Positions 25,726 through 38,133 are shown, numbered from the stretch's first letter. The stretch is 64,000 bases of DNA from Octopus sinensis (GCF_006345805.1 NC_043025.1:12710001-12774000); one strand, 5' to 3'. Numbers and translations are program-made. The notes: generated from the sequence alone by a model not told the origin.

Positions 25726-28700
25726 TTTTTTTCTAATTTACATATATATACATATATATGTAAATAAGAAAAAAAAAACCCATTTATCAATTCAAAATGG
25801 AAAATTAAATTACGCCATCTAGAAAATTACATATGATAGAAAGATTAAATATAAGATAAAAAATATATATTTATCATCGTTATATATTTTTATATATTAT
25901 ATTTTGTGAAATTTGATTTAGTAATTCTAAATTGAATTTTTCCCTGTAAGTTTGGAATAATATTCCCTCATATTATATATATATATATATATATATCCTC
26001 ATCGGTTATACATTTATGTATTTGTTTTGCAAAGATTCTTGACATGAAAACATGACTTGAAACAAATATTTTTATAGGAGTGGCTGTGTGGTAAGTAGCT
26101 TGCTAATGAACCACATGGTTCCGGGTTCAGTCCCACTGTGTGGCACCTTGGGCAGGTGTCTCCTATTATAGCCTAGGGCCAACCAAAGCCTTGTGAGTGG
26201 ATTTGGTAGATGGAAACTGAAAGAAGCCCGTCGTATATATGTATATATATATATATAGGTGTAGGATTGGGTGTGTGGTAAGTAGCTTGCTTACGAACCA
26301 CATGGTTCCGGGTTCAGTCCCACTGTGTGGCACCTTGGGCAGGTGTCTTCTATTATAGCCTAGAGCCAACCAAAGCCTTGTGAGTGGATATCGTTTTCAC
26401 CTCAATAGACGTCATTGATTGGTTGAAATAGCCAAAATACAAGAAAAAACCCAACAAATATCTTACAAACTATAGAATTTTCTCATGAAAGCCAAGAGAA
26501 AAAGATGTTTTATAAACACATTCTACCAGTATACGAAGTTTAAAAGTGTTTAGTTACGTGGAAATTATTTTTAAAAAACTGCCGGTCAAACCGAAAAGAA
26601 CTTAGTATTATAATCTCTTACAGAACCTTTTTTTCCAAAATTTGGGGGTTCCTTACATACATTGAAATAGGGTAATTCGAGATATTCGGCTGCTATTTCT
26701 AGCACGTCTAGTGACCACTTAGCGGCTATATCGTTGCCTTGTTGCTGTCAATTATAGAGTTTTCTCAATAAAGCCAAGAGAAAAAGATTTTTTATAAACA
26801 CATTCTACCAGTATAGGAAGTTTAAAAGTGTTTAGTTACGTGGAAACTATTTTAAAAAACTGCCATTCAAACTGAAAAGATCTCTGTTTCTTAAACGAGG
26901 GACATATTCATACGGCACAGAATGTTTTCACCTCAATAGACGTCATTGATTGGTTGAAATTGCAGAAATTGAAGAAGAAAAAACAACAAATATCTTACAA
27001 ACTATAGAATTTTCTCAATAAAGCCAAGAGAAAAAGATGTTTTATGAACACATTCTACCAGTATACGAAGTTTAAAAGTGTTTAGTTACGTGGAAATTAT
27101 TTTTAAAAACTGCCGGTCAAACCGAAAAGATCCTAAATAACAGAGACAATTTCATATGACACCAGAAATTATTGTTGTTGACAACGCTCCGGAGAAATTG
27201 TATTCACCTCAATAGACATCATTGATTAGTTGAAATTGCCGAAATGCAAGAAAAAACAACAACAAATATCTTACAAACCATAGAATTTTCTCAATAAAGC
27301 CAAGAGAAAAAGATGTTTTATTTTGACACATTCTACCAGAATACGAAGTTTCAAAGTGTTTAGTTACAAAGAAATTATTTTAAAAAACTGCCGGTCAAAC
27401 GGAAAAGATCCAAAATGAGAGACGATAGGAAGGGGAGACTCACTGAATGACACACATCACATGTGACATCTTCATCGTACTCAATACCAAGACCTTCTTC
27501 GGTCTTTATGGTCTGCTGCATTGTATCGTGGCACTGAAAAAGACAAGGCAAAATATTAATCTTGATTGAGTCTCATGGCTAAAGTATAATGTCATACACA
27601 AACAACGATGAGTGGCTGTGTGGTAAGTAGCTTGCTTACCAACCACATGGTTCCGGGTTCAGTCCCACTGCATGGCACCCTGAGCAAGTGTCTTCTGCTA
27701 TAGCCTTGGGACGACCAAAGCCTTGTGAGTGGATTTGGTAGACGGAAACTGAAAGAAGCCTGCCGTATATGTGTATATAGGCGTAGCAGTGGCTGTGTGG
27801 TAAGTAGCTTGCTTACCAACCACATGGTTCCAGGTTCAGTCCCACTGCGTGACACCTTGGGCAAGTGTCTTCTATAGCCTCGGGCCGACCAAAGCCTTGT
27901 GAGTGGATTTGGTAGACGGAAACTGAAAGAAGCCTGTTGTATATATGTATGTATGTATATAGGCATAGGAGTGGCTGTGTGGTAATAGCTTGCTTATGAA
28001 CCATATGGTTCCGGGTTCAGTCCCACTGCATGGCACCTTGGGCAAGTGTCTCCTACTATTGCACTATCATCAGTGCTTTTTATGTGGAGAGACGGCATTT
28101 TGGAGTCATGCACAGCTGCAGTAGCAGTATGTTGCATGAAGACATGACATTACCCCTGTTTCGTTAAATCATATATCCAAACTGAAGGATATAAAAAGTT
28201 TTAGGATCTCAATTCTGTTGTAATGAGCAGAACTTCTTGAGTACAGCAACATGCCACACATCTCAGTCTTCCAACATTTGAGAATGGCCTTTAACACTTT
28301 GTCCCATGTCTTCCTGGGTCTCCCTCTTCCACAACGATGCTTTGCCACTGTTCATACGGTGTCTCACAGCAAAATTTCCTATAACCAGAAGTCAGTAGAA
28401 AAGCGGTTAGGTGTTCATATTTACCTGGTTTTCTAATTCTTCAATAATCCTTTCCATAATCCATTCGTCTATCAAAGTATCACCTACAAATAGACAGAGA
28501 AGGCATGAGAGAAATAAGAAAGGCTAAATAAGGCATGGCAGGTACCGATTCCGTACCATACACGAAGAGCACCGAGGGATAGATGAACGAAACATGTAGA
28601 CCCCTAAATAAGGGACACAAGGGCACCGACTTACCCATTTCTTCCCGTTCTTCATTCACCTTCGTCAGCCAACACACATCGATATCGTCCAGGTCGTAAC

Positions 28701-31700
28701 GGACCACCTGTTCTGCCAGTTGCTGCATGCCCGTCAGCTCATGGATGCTCTGCCTGTAGTTCTCGTCCTGGGTGGCGTGCAGCAGTTTACGCGGGTTGCG
28801 AGGGCTGAACAGAAAACAGAGGAAAAAAAAAAGTAGATTTCAGTAAATTCAAGATGGAATATAACAAAAAGATAATTAAGTTCTCTGGACATCGGCCATT
28901 TACTTGTCATGCACATAAATTTTATATGTGGTAGTGGGTAACAAACACAGATAAAGGTGGTGCTCCAGCATGACCACAGTCAAATGACTGAAACAAGTAA
29001 AAGAGAAAGATATAAACGTTGCCCTTTTCAAGCCTAGCCAGGCTCATGGGCCCGGTTTCCCGGTTTCTGTGGCATATGTGTTCCCCCCCAACTGAAGGGA
29101 CGTCAGTCCATCACAGCGTTACTCAAGAAACAGGAAGAGAGAGTAAGAGAAAGTTGGGGGCGAAAGAGTACAACAGGAGTCGCATCGACCCCCTGCCGGA
29201 GCCTCGTGGAGCTTTTAGGTGTTTTCACTCAGGCCATTGCACCTCCACATGCATATATATAGATATATATATATAATCGTTTAATGTCCTTTTTCCGTGC
29301 TAGCACGGGTTGGATGGTAAACCCATTGTGTGTGTGCATATTTGTACCCCACCACTGCTTGACAACAGGTGTTGGTGTATTTATGTCACTGCAACTTAGG
29401 CAGGAGCTAGATACACTACTTCTGAATAAAAGACAGGATGGTCGCAACTGGAAGACTCCCAGATCATAAACCTGTTGGAATCTGACTAAGCTGGGACTAA
29501 ACAAGGAGATACATTAGACCTGGAGCTAAGGACCTATAAACATCATCACTGTTTAACATCCGCTTTCCATGCTAGCATGGGTTGGACGATTTGACTGAGG
29601 ACTGGCGAACCAGATGGCTACACCAGGCTCCAATCTTGATCTGGCAGAGTTTCTACAGCTGGATGTCCTTCCTAACACCAACCACTCCAAGAGTGTAGTG
29701 GGTGCTTTTACATGCCACAGGCACGGGGGCCAGTCAGGTGGTAATGGCAATTACCTTGCTCGAATCTTTTTGCACAGGTGCCAGTAAGGCGACGCTGGTA
29801 ACAATCACGCTCGAATGGTGCCCTTTCACGTGCCACCAGCATGTAGGCCAGTTAGCCACTCTGGCAATGATCATGCTCGGATGGTGCTCTTGGCACCCTA
29901 CTAGCACGGGGCTCGAGTGCCAGTAAGGCGACGCTGGTAACGATCACGCTCGAATGGTGTCTTGTATGTGACTCTGGCACAGAAGCTGGTTAGCCACTCT
30001 GTCAACGATCACACATCTAAATAAAAAACAGGATGGTCACAGCTGGAAGACCTTTGATCATATGTCTGCTGACCTGGTACTAAACAACAAGGAAGGGACG
30101 TGGTCCTACACACATTATATCCGAATGGCCACAGCTGGTACTGACCTGTGGTTACAAAGACAAAAGGAAAAAACACAAGGAAGCAAAAGGCCAAAATACT
30201 TACATTTTGAAGTCGCCAGATTTGGGTTTCTCTCGCAAAACTCTGAAATATTCAAAGAACAACAATATATATAAGCATTTGTTATGTTTGTTTAAATCAT
30301 CTGATACTAACCAACTTGGACCCACCCTTAGCTCTATGATACAAACTTATTTTGAAATGATCCAAATTAAGACCTTTCATCAAAATTTCATGCTTATTTA
30401 CATCATTTACATTTGACACCAGCTTAATTAACCCTTTCGTTACTGTATTTATTTTGAGATGCTCTGTGTTTCTTTCAACTACTTTAAATATAACAGAGAA
30501 TTTAGTAAAATAACATTGTTATCATTGAGCTAGTGCTAGGAACATGGTGCCTTTTACATGCCACCGGCACAGAAGCCAGTTAGCCGCTCTGGCAACGATC
30601 ACCCTTTGATGGTGCTCTTAGCACCCTACTAGCACGGGGCATAAGTGCCAGTAAGGTGACGCTGGTAACGATCACACTCAAATGGTGCCCTTTTATGTGC
30701 CACTGGCACAGAAGCCGGTTAGCCGGTCTGTCAACAATCACGTTCGGATGGTGCTCTTTGCACCCCACTAGCACGGATGCCAGTCATCGAATTTGATTTT
30801 GATTTCACTTGCCTCAACAGGTCTTCACGAACAGAGTTTAGTGTCCAAAGGAAGAAGAGGTATGCATATGTGGGCTGCTTACGCCCCTGAAAAGGGTTAA
30901 AAAGATGGCAATCGTCTTTGGTTGGTCTAGGAATGTTGACTTGCTCAAAAATATCATATCCAAGTATTGAGAACCACTGATCGTCATTATAACCATCATT
31001 TAACATTTTTCTTGCTGGTATGGGTCGGATGGTTTTGAATTTTGACAAGAACTGGCAAGTCACAAGATTGCACTAAGCTCTACTGCCAGTTTTTGGCAGG
31101 GTCTCTGGCAGCTGGGTTCTCTCCCTAATGTCAACAGCTTTACAACATGTACAGGGAGTGAAGGGAGCTGGCAAGGGAGGGGGGGACAGAGCTAGAGAAA
31201 GAAACAGTGGAGAGAAAAACCTACCTGACATTTATCTCTGGAATGCTGGTAGGGTTCACTGGTACCTGAACCCCTTTCTCCCATTCCTGGCGCCAAGGGT
31301 CAGCAATCTCGAAGTATTCTTCAGGTTGGAGAGGATCAGAATCAGCCAATTTCATGGCACTTATAAGATCTTTCCGGAACAACTGCGGGGAGACAAGGTA
31401 GAGAATGAAGAGACCAATTATGTATGTGTGAATATATATACGTGTGTGTGTGTGTGTCTACACATAAATACGAGTGTCATCATCATCATCGTTTAACGTC
31501 CGCTTTCCATGCTGGCATGGGTTGGACAATTTGACTGAGGTCTGGGAAGCCAGAAGGCTGCGCCAGGCTCCAGTCTGATCTGGCAGAGTTTCTACAGCTG
31601 GATGCCCTTCCCAACGCCAACCACTCCAAGAGTGTAGTGGGTGCTTTTACGTGCCACCGGCATGAGGGCCAGTCAGGCGGCACTGGCAACGGCCACGCTC

Positions 31701-33197
31701 AAATGATGCCTTTTATGTGCCACCTGCATAGGAGCCAGTCCAGCGGCACTGGCAACGTCCTCACTCAAATGTGTTGTAGTTTCAAAAAAGATTCTTTTTG
31801 ATGTAAATAATTTTTGGTGTTAACATGGTCCGATTTGAACTTTATCTTCTACGGAAGGAAGAGCAAGTCTTCTTCTATCAAACTGTCAATTTTGGTCAAC
31901 TTGCGCCACAGGGTCTTGGAGGAGGTAGTGTTAGTTGAAGGCTACCAAACCTACCACACACAGACAACCTCAGCTTTATATAGAGAGAGATATACAGTGT
32001 AAAGATGATCGGTTCTTATCCAGTCTGGTAGTATGTACACATCCAGGAATAAGACACCTGATGACTACCACAGATTAAACCAATTGAAACAGAGTATAGA
32101 TGGAAATATTATAAATATACAGTGTAAAGATGGCTAGTTTTAATTCAGTTTGATACTTTGTACGCATCAGGCAATAAAGACACCGGATGACAATAACAAC
32201 AACAAAACGACAATACTTACTTCAGCAGGTTTATTGTGCTGTGAGCCAAACGTTGGACTCCGCAGACCATTAGGACTCATTTTACTGCCTGTATAATAAA
32301 AAAAAGAGAAACAAAGATGATACAGACAAGGAAACAGAAAATGACAGACTCTACTTAAGTTAATTTTTTGGCTCAAAAAGCAAAAAGCAAGGCCATGTAG
32401 GGGGACATGGAGTTATGTACAGGGTGGTGTTCATGCAAAGAGTTCAGGCTATTTCTGGTCAAGGGAGACTTTGAACTGAGCGGTCGTTGGCATCTTCACC
32501 ATCTCGTCCGGCAGCTTATTCCACGGATTGGCAACCCGGACGGAGAAAGCCCCTCTCCTTCGATTGAGATGAAATTGTCGCAGAGAGAGCTTTTCGGAAT
32601 GACCCCGCAGCCAACGCTCTGGAGCAGGAGTGAAGAACAGCTCTTTCGAGAATTCACACTTTCCGCTTATGATGCTGTGAGCAAGAATGAGATCACCACG
32701 GCGTCGTCGTTTTTCTAGAGAATAAAGGTCGAGCGTCTTCAGCCTTTCTTCATAAGACAAATGCTTGAGACCAAGAATTTGGCACAAACCAGCAATTTTA
32801 AGGGAGTGGGAGTTAAGTCAATTACATCGACCCCAGTGCTAAATTGGTTTTTTAAATTAATCAAGACCCGAGAGATTAAAAGGCAAAGGTGACCTCTGTG
32901 GAATTTGAACTCACAACACAAGGATGGACAAAATGGTGCCAAGTATTTTGCCTTGGTACAGAAACGGCTTCAAATATTGGAACAAGGCAAGCAATTTCAG
33001 GGTAGGGGCTAAGTCGGATACATTGATCCCAGAGCTCAACTGGTATTTATTTCATTGACCCCCACAAAGGATAAAAAGCAAAGTCGACTTCAGTGGAATT
33101 TGAACTCACAACACCAAGATTGATGAAATACTGCCAAGCATTTTGCCCGGAGCAGGAGTGGTTCTGCCCCCTCATTACCTTACTACTACTACTGCTG

Positions 33198-33230
<33 letters not shown>

Positions 33231-34013
33231 ATAATAATAATAATAATAATCTCTTTTTCTACTCTAGACACAAGGCCTGAAATTTTGGGGAGAGGGGGGC
33301 TAGTCAATTTAGATCGACCCCCAGTACGCAACTGGTACTTAATTTATCGACCTCGAAAGGATGAAAGGCAAAGTCGACCTCGGCGGAATTTGAACTCAGA
33401 ACGCAACGGCAGACGAAATACTGCTAAGCATTTCGCCCGGTGTGCTAACGATTCTGCCAAAAGCACCATCCAAACGTAGTCGATGCCAGCCCCCCTTTCG
33501 GCTCCCGTGCTCGACGCTCTAACCACTGAGCCATGCGCCTTCACTACAATATAGTACTCCCTGATGATGGAAGCACTCCGTCGGTTACACGATGAGGGTT
33601 CCGGTTGATCCGAATCAACGGAACAGCCTGCTCGTAAAATTAACGTGTAAGTGGCTGAGCACTCCACAGACACGTGTACCCTTAACGTAGTTCTCGGGGA
33701 TATTCAGCGTGACACAGAGAGTGACAAGGCCAGCCCCTTTGAAATACAGGTACAACAGAAATAGGAAGTAAGAGTGAGAGAAAGTTGTGGTGAAAGGGTA
33801 CAGCAGGGATCACCACCATCCCCTGCCGGAGCCTTGTGGAGCTTTAGGTGTTTTCGCTCAATAAACACTCACAACGCCCGGTCTGGGAATCGAAACCGCA
33901 ATCCTATGATTCCCCCACTGCTAATAATAATAATAATAATAATTACTTACTCCGTCGATCCTCTTCTTCATCACTGCTGAGGCGTGCTCGTTTCTCACGA
34001 AAACTTTCATTAT
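11532..34013 (-). CDS. jade: JADE family PHD finger protein (JADE1/2/3 = PHF17/15/16, Drosophila rhinoceros-like); 14 exons identified, HBO1 acetyltransferase complex scaffold
   Basis: Hand-spliced exons all have GT-AG ends and matching phases. They give [64 protein letters not shown]1, Zn knuckle, PHD2 ([23 protein letters not shown]) and [23 protein letters not shown], collinear with human JADE1 as recalled. 3396 nt from ATG 32280 to TGA 11532. Confidence 0.96.
13620..14170 (+). mobile_element. SINE family A with tandemly duplicated head
   Basis: Two near-identical heads at about 13620 and 13795, one tail. Confidence 0.92.
14482..15296 (+). mobile_element. Internally deleted Tigger/pogo (TcMar) element
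   Basis: TA|cagtcaactctcgctactatgcca ... tggcatagtagcgagagttgactg|TA TIRs. Encodes the N-terminal [20 protein letters not shown] (psq/CENP-B HTH start) and the acidic C-terminus only. Confidence 0.9.
15493..15618 (-). CDS. jade: JADE exon ([22 protein letters not shown])
   Basis: ttccag / gtaagc; 126 nt; HLRQDLER motif. Confidence 0.96.
15994..16470. repeat. 161-bp tandem repeat x3
   Basis: atggctttg(c/t) starts at 15994, 16155 and 16316. Confidence 0.9.
16840..16960 (-). CDS. jade: JADE exon ([25 protein letters not shown])
   Basis: ttgtag / gtaggt; 121 nt; EEFY and YWKLKRK motifs. Confidence 0.95.
16985..17815 (-). mobile_element. L1/Tx1-type LINE 3' fragment (ORF2 C-terminus + 3' UTR with ~90-bp tandem x4 + AATAAA)
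   Basis: [35 protein letters not shown] resembles Tx1 ORF2 C-termini; ccataaaagccacgggagcc repeats at about 17189, 17279, 17369 and 17459. Confidence 0.72.
17850..18078 (-). mobile_element. tRNA-derived SINE family B (Nin/Deu-like domain)
   Basis: Reverse copy of ggcagaaacgttagc..gagttcaaa..ctttcatcctt.gg.gtcgataaa.taagtaccag. Confidence 0.85.
18100..18225 (-). mobile_element. Reverse transcriptase fragment (Dong/R4-like)
   Basis: [34 protein letters not shown] matches the INHLLYMDDLKL RT motif. Confidence 0.7.
18364..18497 (-). CDS. jade: JADE exon ([28 protein letters not shown])
   Basis: ctccag / gtaagt; 134 nt; last Zn ligands of PHD2. Confidence 0.93.
19400..20060 (-). mobile_element. 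5'-truncated RTE (BovB-like) LINE: ORF C-terminus, 3' UTR with ~62-bp modules and (gat)n tail; further 3' UTR copies at 18.25, 24.6, 29.55-30.0, 30.55-30.9, 31.48-31.77, 37.16-37.46 and 60.38-60.57 kb
   Basis: Reverse strand reads [42 protein letters not shown], then the UTR ending gcggacgttaaacgatgatgatg. Confidence 0.85.
20743..20916 (-). CDS. jade: JADE exon ([41 protein letters not shown])
   Basis: ttgcag / gtacgt; 174 nt; PHD2. Confidence 0.97.
21857..21962 (-). CDS. jade: JADE exon ([35 protein letters not shown])
   Basis: ttcag / gtaatt; 106 nt; PZP knuckle. Confidence 0.97.
22123..22515 (+). mobile_element. Full-length SINE family A (other plus-strand copies at 25.15, 26.08-26.39, 27.61-28.06, 34.3, 42.43, 43.03, 49.29-49.85, 50.37, 51.57, 60.6 kb; minus-strand at 36.36-36.52 and 54.89-55.29 kb)
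   Basis: A/B boxes, CORE-like block and diagnostic tail shared by all copies. Confidence 0.92.
22708..23226 (+). mobile_element. Non-autonomous Helitron-like element (partial copies at 31790-31985 minus and 42050-42391 plus)
   Basis: Starts TCTATATATAAAG and ends ..gcaa(t/c)gccaggcgatactgCTAG|T in two copies; no TIR or TSD; internal ~190-bp duplication. Confidence 0.65.
23543..23661 (-). CDS. jade: JADE exon ([40 protein letters not shown])
   Basis: ttgtag / gtaagt; 119 nt; end of PHD1 and Zn knuckle. Confidence 0.96.
23810..24610 (+). mobile_element. Tandem SINE family B copies (about 3) with an embedded SINE family D head
   Basis: Repeated gttctgagttcaaattcc..cctttcatc..ggggtcga..gccccttgtggg units about 185 bp apart. 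Confidence 0.88.
25387..25449 (-). CDS. jade: JADE exon ([21 protein letters not shown])
   Basis: ttcag / gtaatt; 63 nt; PHD1. Confidence 0.96.
26394..27415. repeat. Four tandem or partial copies of a ~210-270-bp unclassified repeat
   Basis: cacctcaatagacgtcattgattggttgaaat..ctgccggtcaaaccgaaaaga recurs at about 26395, 26925 and 27205, with a partial copy near 26755. Confidence 0.85.
27444..27533 (-). CDS. jade: JADE exon ([30 protein letters not shown])
   Basis: ttcag / gtgagt; 90 nt; start of PHD1. Confidence 0.96.
28425..28483 (-). CDS. jade: JADE exon ([20 protein letters not shown])
   Basis: ttgtag / gtaaat; 59 nt, phase 1-0; matches the recalled ELDEYTMERVLEEFE segment. Confidence 0.92.
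28635..28804 (-). CDS. jade: JADE exon ([40 protein letters not shown])
   Basis: EPL1 YDL motif; ttcag / gtaagt; 170 nt, phase 2-1. Confidence 0.95.
31225..31382 (-). CDS. jade: JADE exon, EPL1 N-terminal part ([44 protein letters not shown])
   Basis: Signature JADE motif; ccgcag / gtaggt; 158 nt. Confidence 0.96.
32221..32288 (-). CDS. jade: JADE exon ([22 protein letters not shown]), contains ATG at 32280
   Basis: Poly-pyrimidine+acag acceptor, gtaagt donor; KPAE matches the KPSE preceding the conserved VFRTDL exon. Confidence 0.82.
32420..32780 (-). mobile_element. CR1-clade LINE ORF2 C-terminal fragment
   Basis: [46 protein letters not shown]. Confidence 0.92.
32780..33910 (-). mobile_element. 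Cluster of SINE B and SINE D copies with (TAC)n/(TAA)n microsatellite
   Basis: Reverse SINE B bodies at 32.8-33.46 kb; SINE D (ctccacaaggctccggcagg) at 33.7-33.9 kb. Confidence 0.8.
33951..34013 (-). CDS. jade: JADE candidate upstream exon (phase 1-1, [20 protein letters not shown])
   Basis: ttgcag acceptor, gtaagt donor, 63 nt, reads in frame into the next exon; basic/acidic peptide resembles the JADE N-terminus. Could instead be 5' UTR. Confidence 0.6.
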
Positions 34014-34664
34014 CTGCAATATAAGGAAAAATAGAAAAATTAGCAAAATAAAACCAAAACGTTTTTTTGTTTGTTTCATGTAAGTTGCAAATCCTTCATA
34101 AAACCACCTAATTTTGATGACATACATATAACCTGTAAAGGGGCTGCACAGTCTAAGAAGCCCTCTTCTGAAAGTCCCACAGCGTGACACCTTGGGCAAG
34201 TATTTTCTATTATAGCACCAAACCAATTAAAACACTGCAAGAGGAGATATATAGACACACACATACATATATATATTCGTGTGTGTTTGTATGGATGTGT
34301 GGTAAGAAGCTTACCTCTCAACCACGTGGTTCTGGGTTCAGTCCCACTATGACACCTTGGGTAAATATCATCTAGCCTTGGACCAAGTAAAATGTTAAGA
34401 GTGGATTTGGTAGGTGGAAATTGAAAGAAGCCTATCATATATATATATAATAATTAGTTATCGCCATACTAATATGGCATTCTTATAAAAATAAGAATAA
34501 AGCTGTCCGCTTATTAGCTCCATGAGGCCATCGCCTTAAGTTAGCTATTTGATACACAAACTGTATCCATATAACCTTTGAACAAGGGAGGTCAGTCGCT
34601 CCACACTACTTGACCGGCAGCTACAGACGCGTTTCGGGGTATTGTCCCTTTTCAATGCAGCGTA

Positions 34665-34970
34665 TATATATAATATATATATACATATATATATACAGCG
34701 TATATATACATATATATATATACATACATATATATATACATATATATACATAATATATATACATATATATATACATATATATATACATATATATATATAC
34801 ATATATACATATATAATATAATATACATATATATATATATACATATATATAATATATATATATATATATAATATATATATAACATATATATATATATTAT
34901 TACATATATATACATATATATATACATATATATATACATATATATATATATATAATATATATATACATAT

Positions 34971-35003
<33 letters not shown>

Positions 35004-35313
35004 CATTATATATATACATACATATATATATATACATATATATATTATACATATATATATATACATATATATATACATACATATATATATATATACATAT
35101 ACATATATATATACATATATACATATATATATATAACATATACATATATATATACATATACATATATATATACATACATATATATAATACATATATATAT
35201 ACATATATATATATATATACATATATATATACATATATATATATACATATATATATATACATACATATGTATATACATACATATATATATACATACATAT
35301 ATATATACATACA

Positions 35314-35348
<35 letters not shown>

Positions 35349-36007
35349 TATACATACATATATATATATACATAATATATATATACATACATATATATAT
35401 ACATACATATATATATACATACATATATATATATACATACATATATATAATACATATATATATACATATATTATATACATATATATAGATACATATATAT
35501 ATATACATATATATATATACACATATATATATATACATATATATATATACATATATATATTACTATATATATATATACATACATATATATGTACATATAT
35601 ATATACATATATATATATATATACATATATATATACATATATATATATACATATATATATATATATCATATATATATACATATATATATATATACATATA
35701 TATATATACATATATATATACATATATATATATACATTATATATACATATATATATATATATACATATATATATACATATATATATATATACATATACAT
35801 ACATATACATATATATACATATATATACATATACATATATATACATATATATCATATACATATATATACATATACATATATATACATATACATATATATA
35901 CATATATATACATATATATATATATATACATATATATACATATATATATATATACATATATATACATATATATATATATACATATATATACATATATATA
36001 CATATAC

Positions 36008-36060
<53 letters not shown>

Positions 36061-36272
36061 CATATAATATATATACATATATATATATATACATATTATA
36101 TATACATATACATTATATATACATATACATATATATACATATACATATATATACATCATATACATATACATATATATACATATATATACATATACATATA
36201 TATACATATATATACATATACATACATATACATATATATACATATATATACATATACATTATATATATATAT

Positions 36273-36305
<33 letters not shown>

Positions 36306-36327
36306 ACATATATATACATATATATAC

Positions 36328-36359
<32 letters not shown>

Positions 36360-36360
36360 G
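34665..36360. repeat. 1.7-kb (TA)n/(TACA) microsatellite
   Basis: Continuous AT/AC tract. Confidence 0.98.
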
Positions 36361-38133
36361 TACGACGGGTTTCTTTCAGTTTCCGTCTACCAATCCACTC
36401 ACAAAGCTTTGGTCGGCCCGAGGCTATAGTAGAAGACACTTGCCCAAGGGGCTACGCAGTGGGACTGAACCCGGAACCATGTGGTTGGTTAGCAAGCTAC
36501 TTACCACACAGCCACTCCTGCGCCTTGTAATTCATCCCTTATTTTTTAACTCCTTAACCTCAATACAAGTGCAGTTTCCACACTGGTAGCTCAACATCAA
36601 ACCCTGGCATCAATCTTTTATAACTTTTCAACTTGTCACTACAACCTCTTTCACTCTATAAAACCATTTCATATTTATTACCTTCTGTATTTTGGGGAGT
36701 AGAAATAGGGAGTTTTTCACTTGTTTTTGTCAGAAAAATATTTTCTACCCAGTTCCTGCATACTCTTCCCTGAGCTTTCAGTGTACCTCAGGGGCTTGTC
36801 TAAGATAAATCCTCCCAAGGTCTCTTGAAGATTTATACTTACATATAACTCTATCAACACACTAAACCTTTTTATTTCATTTTCTGTAACTGATCCTGAA
36901 TTCTGCCAGTCTTTATGCAAATTGCTTTTTACTGTCTCGGCCTTGTTGCAAAGTGATTATCAACATGAACAGTTCAGCTGTGAATTATCATATCCTATTT
37001 CTTTACTACCCACAAGGGGCTAAACACAGAGGAGACAAACAAGGACAGACAGACGGATTAAGTCGATTACATCGACCCCAGTGCGTAACTGGTACTTAAT
37101 TTATCGACCCCGAAAGGATGAAGGCAAAGTCGACCTCAGAACGTAGGGGCAGACAAAATATCTTATCCAAGACCACTTGCGAAGACCTGTTGAGGCAAGT
37201 GAAATCGAAATCAAATTCAATGACTGGCATCTGTACAAGCGGCGCGCTAAGAGCACCACCTGAGCATGATCGTTGTGCCAGAGCGGTTAACTGGATTCCG
37301 TGCAGGTAGCACATAAAAAGAACCATTCGAGCGTGATCATTACTTGCATCGCCTTACTGGCATGTGAAAAAAAACATTCGAGCAAGGTCATTGCCAGTGC
37401 GGCTGCACTGGTCACCTTTGCAGGTGGCACATAAAAAACACCATTTGAGTGTGGCCGGACTTCCCAAGTACGGCAAATCACCCAAAAGCCTCAATTCCCT
37501 GTCTGGCTAGCATAAAAGTGAGAGAAGTAAGAGAGAGAGAGAAAAAAGGGTCTTTCGGTTCCTAACCTGGACTTTGTTCCATCCAAAATGTTCTTTTACT
37601 GCGAATGGACATTGTGATGAGTCGATGACAACTGAAAGAAAACAGAGGAAATATTTTAATAAATATTCAGAATTCAGGGGTCAGAACAGTTTTATGTGAG
37701 TCTCATAAGACAGGGGGGAAAAAAGGGAAAATATTGTGCAGGATTTCTATAAGCTTACTCTGCAATTTGAAATCAATATTCTAGCTCTGAGAATAGGAAA
37801 AGGTGGTTTTGAGGGGAGGGTCAAGTATTCTTTTATTTCATAAAGGAAATTATAATACTGAAAAAATTGGTGATCTTTCATCTTAGGTGTTGTGATTACC
37901 TGATTTTGATTGCCTCGATTGCTGTTATATGCCCGCAGTGCAACTGCGCGGAGTTCTGTTCTGTTTGCGGCACGACATGTTCAGTGTTGGTAGCAACTCA
38001 CTGCATAAAAATGTTATTGCGTCGAAGTTTGGTTTTGCTTTGTTTGTATTGCATATTGCAGTATTTTTAGTTGATTACAACATTTTAAACTTTGATATTC
38101 GATTCGAGTTTGGGTTTATAACGTTAGGCACAG

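Noticed and set aside
30030-30145. Strong acceptor at 30146 suggesting an extra JADE exon
   Set aside because: In the required phase it hits TAA after 10 codons, no good donor follows, and the downstream half is repeat-derived. Exons 31225 and 28804 already join in frame.
36680-36980. Possible upstream JADE exon (donors at about 36680 and 36842)
   Set aside because: The phase-1-compatible frame has no ATG and no clear acceptor; it cannot be supported without transcripts.
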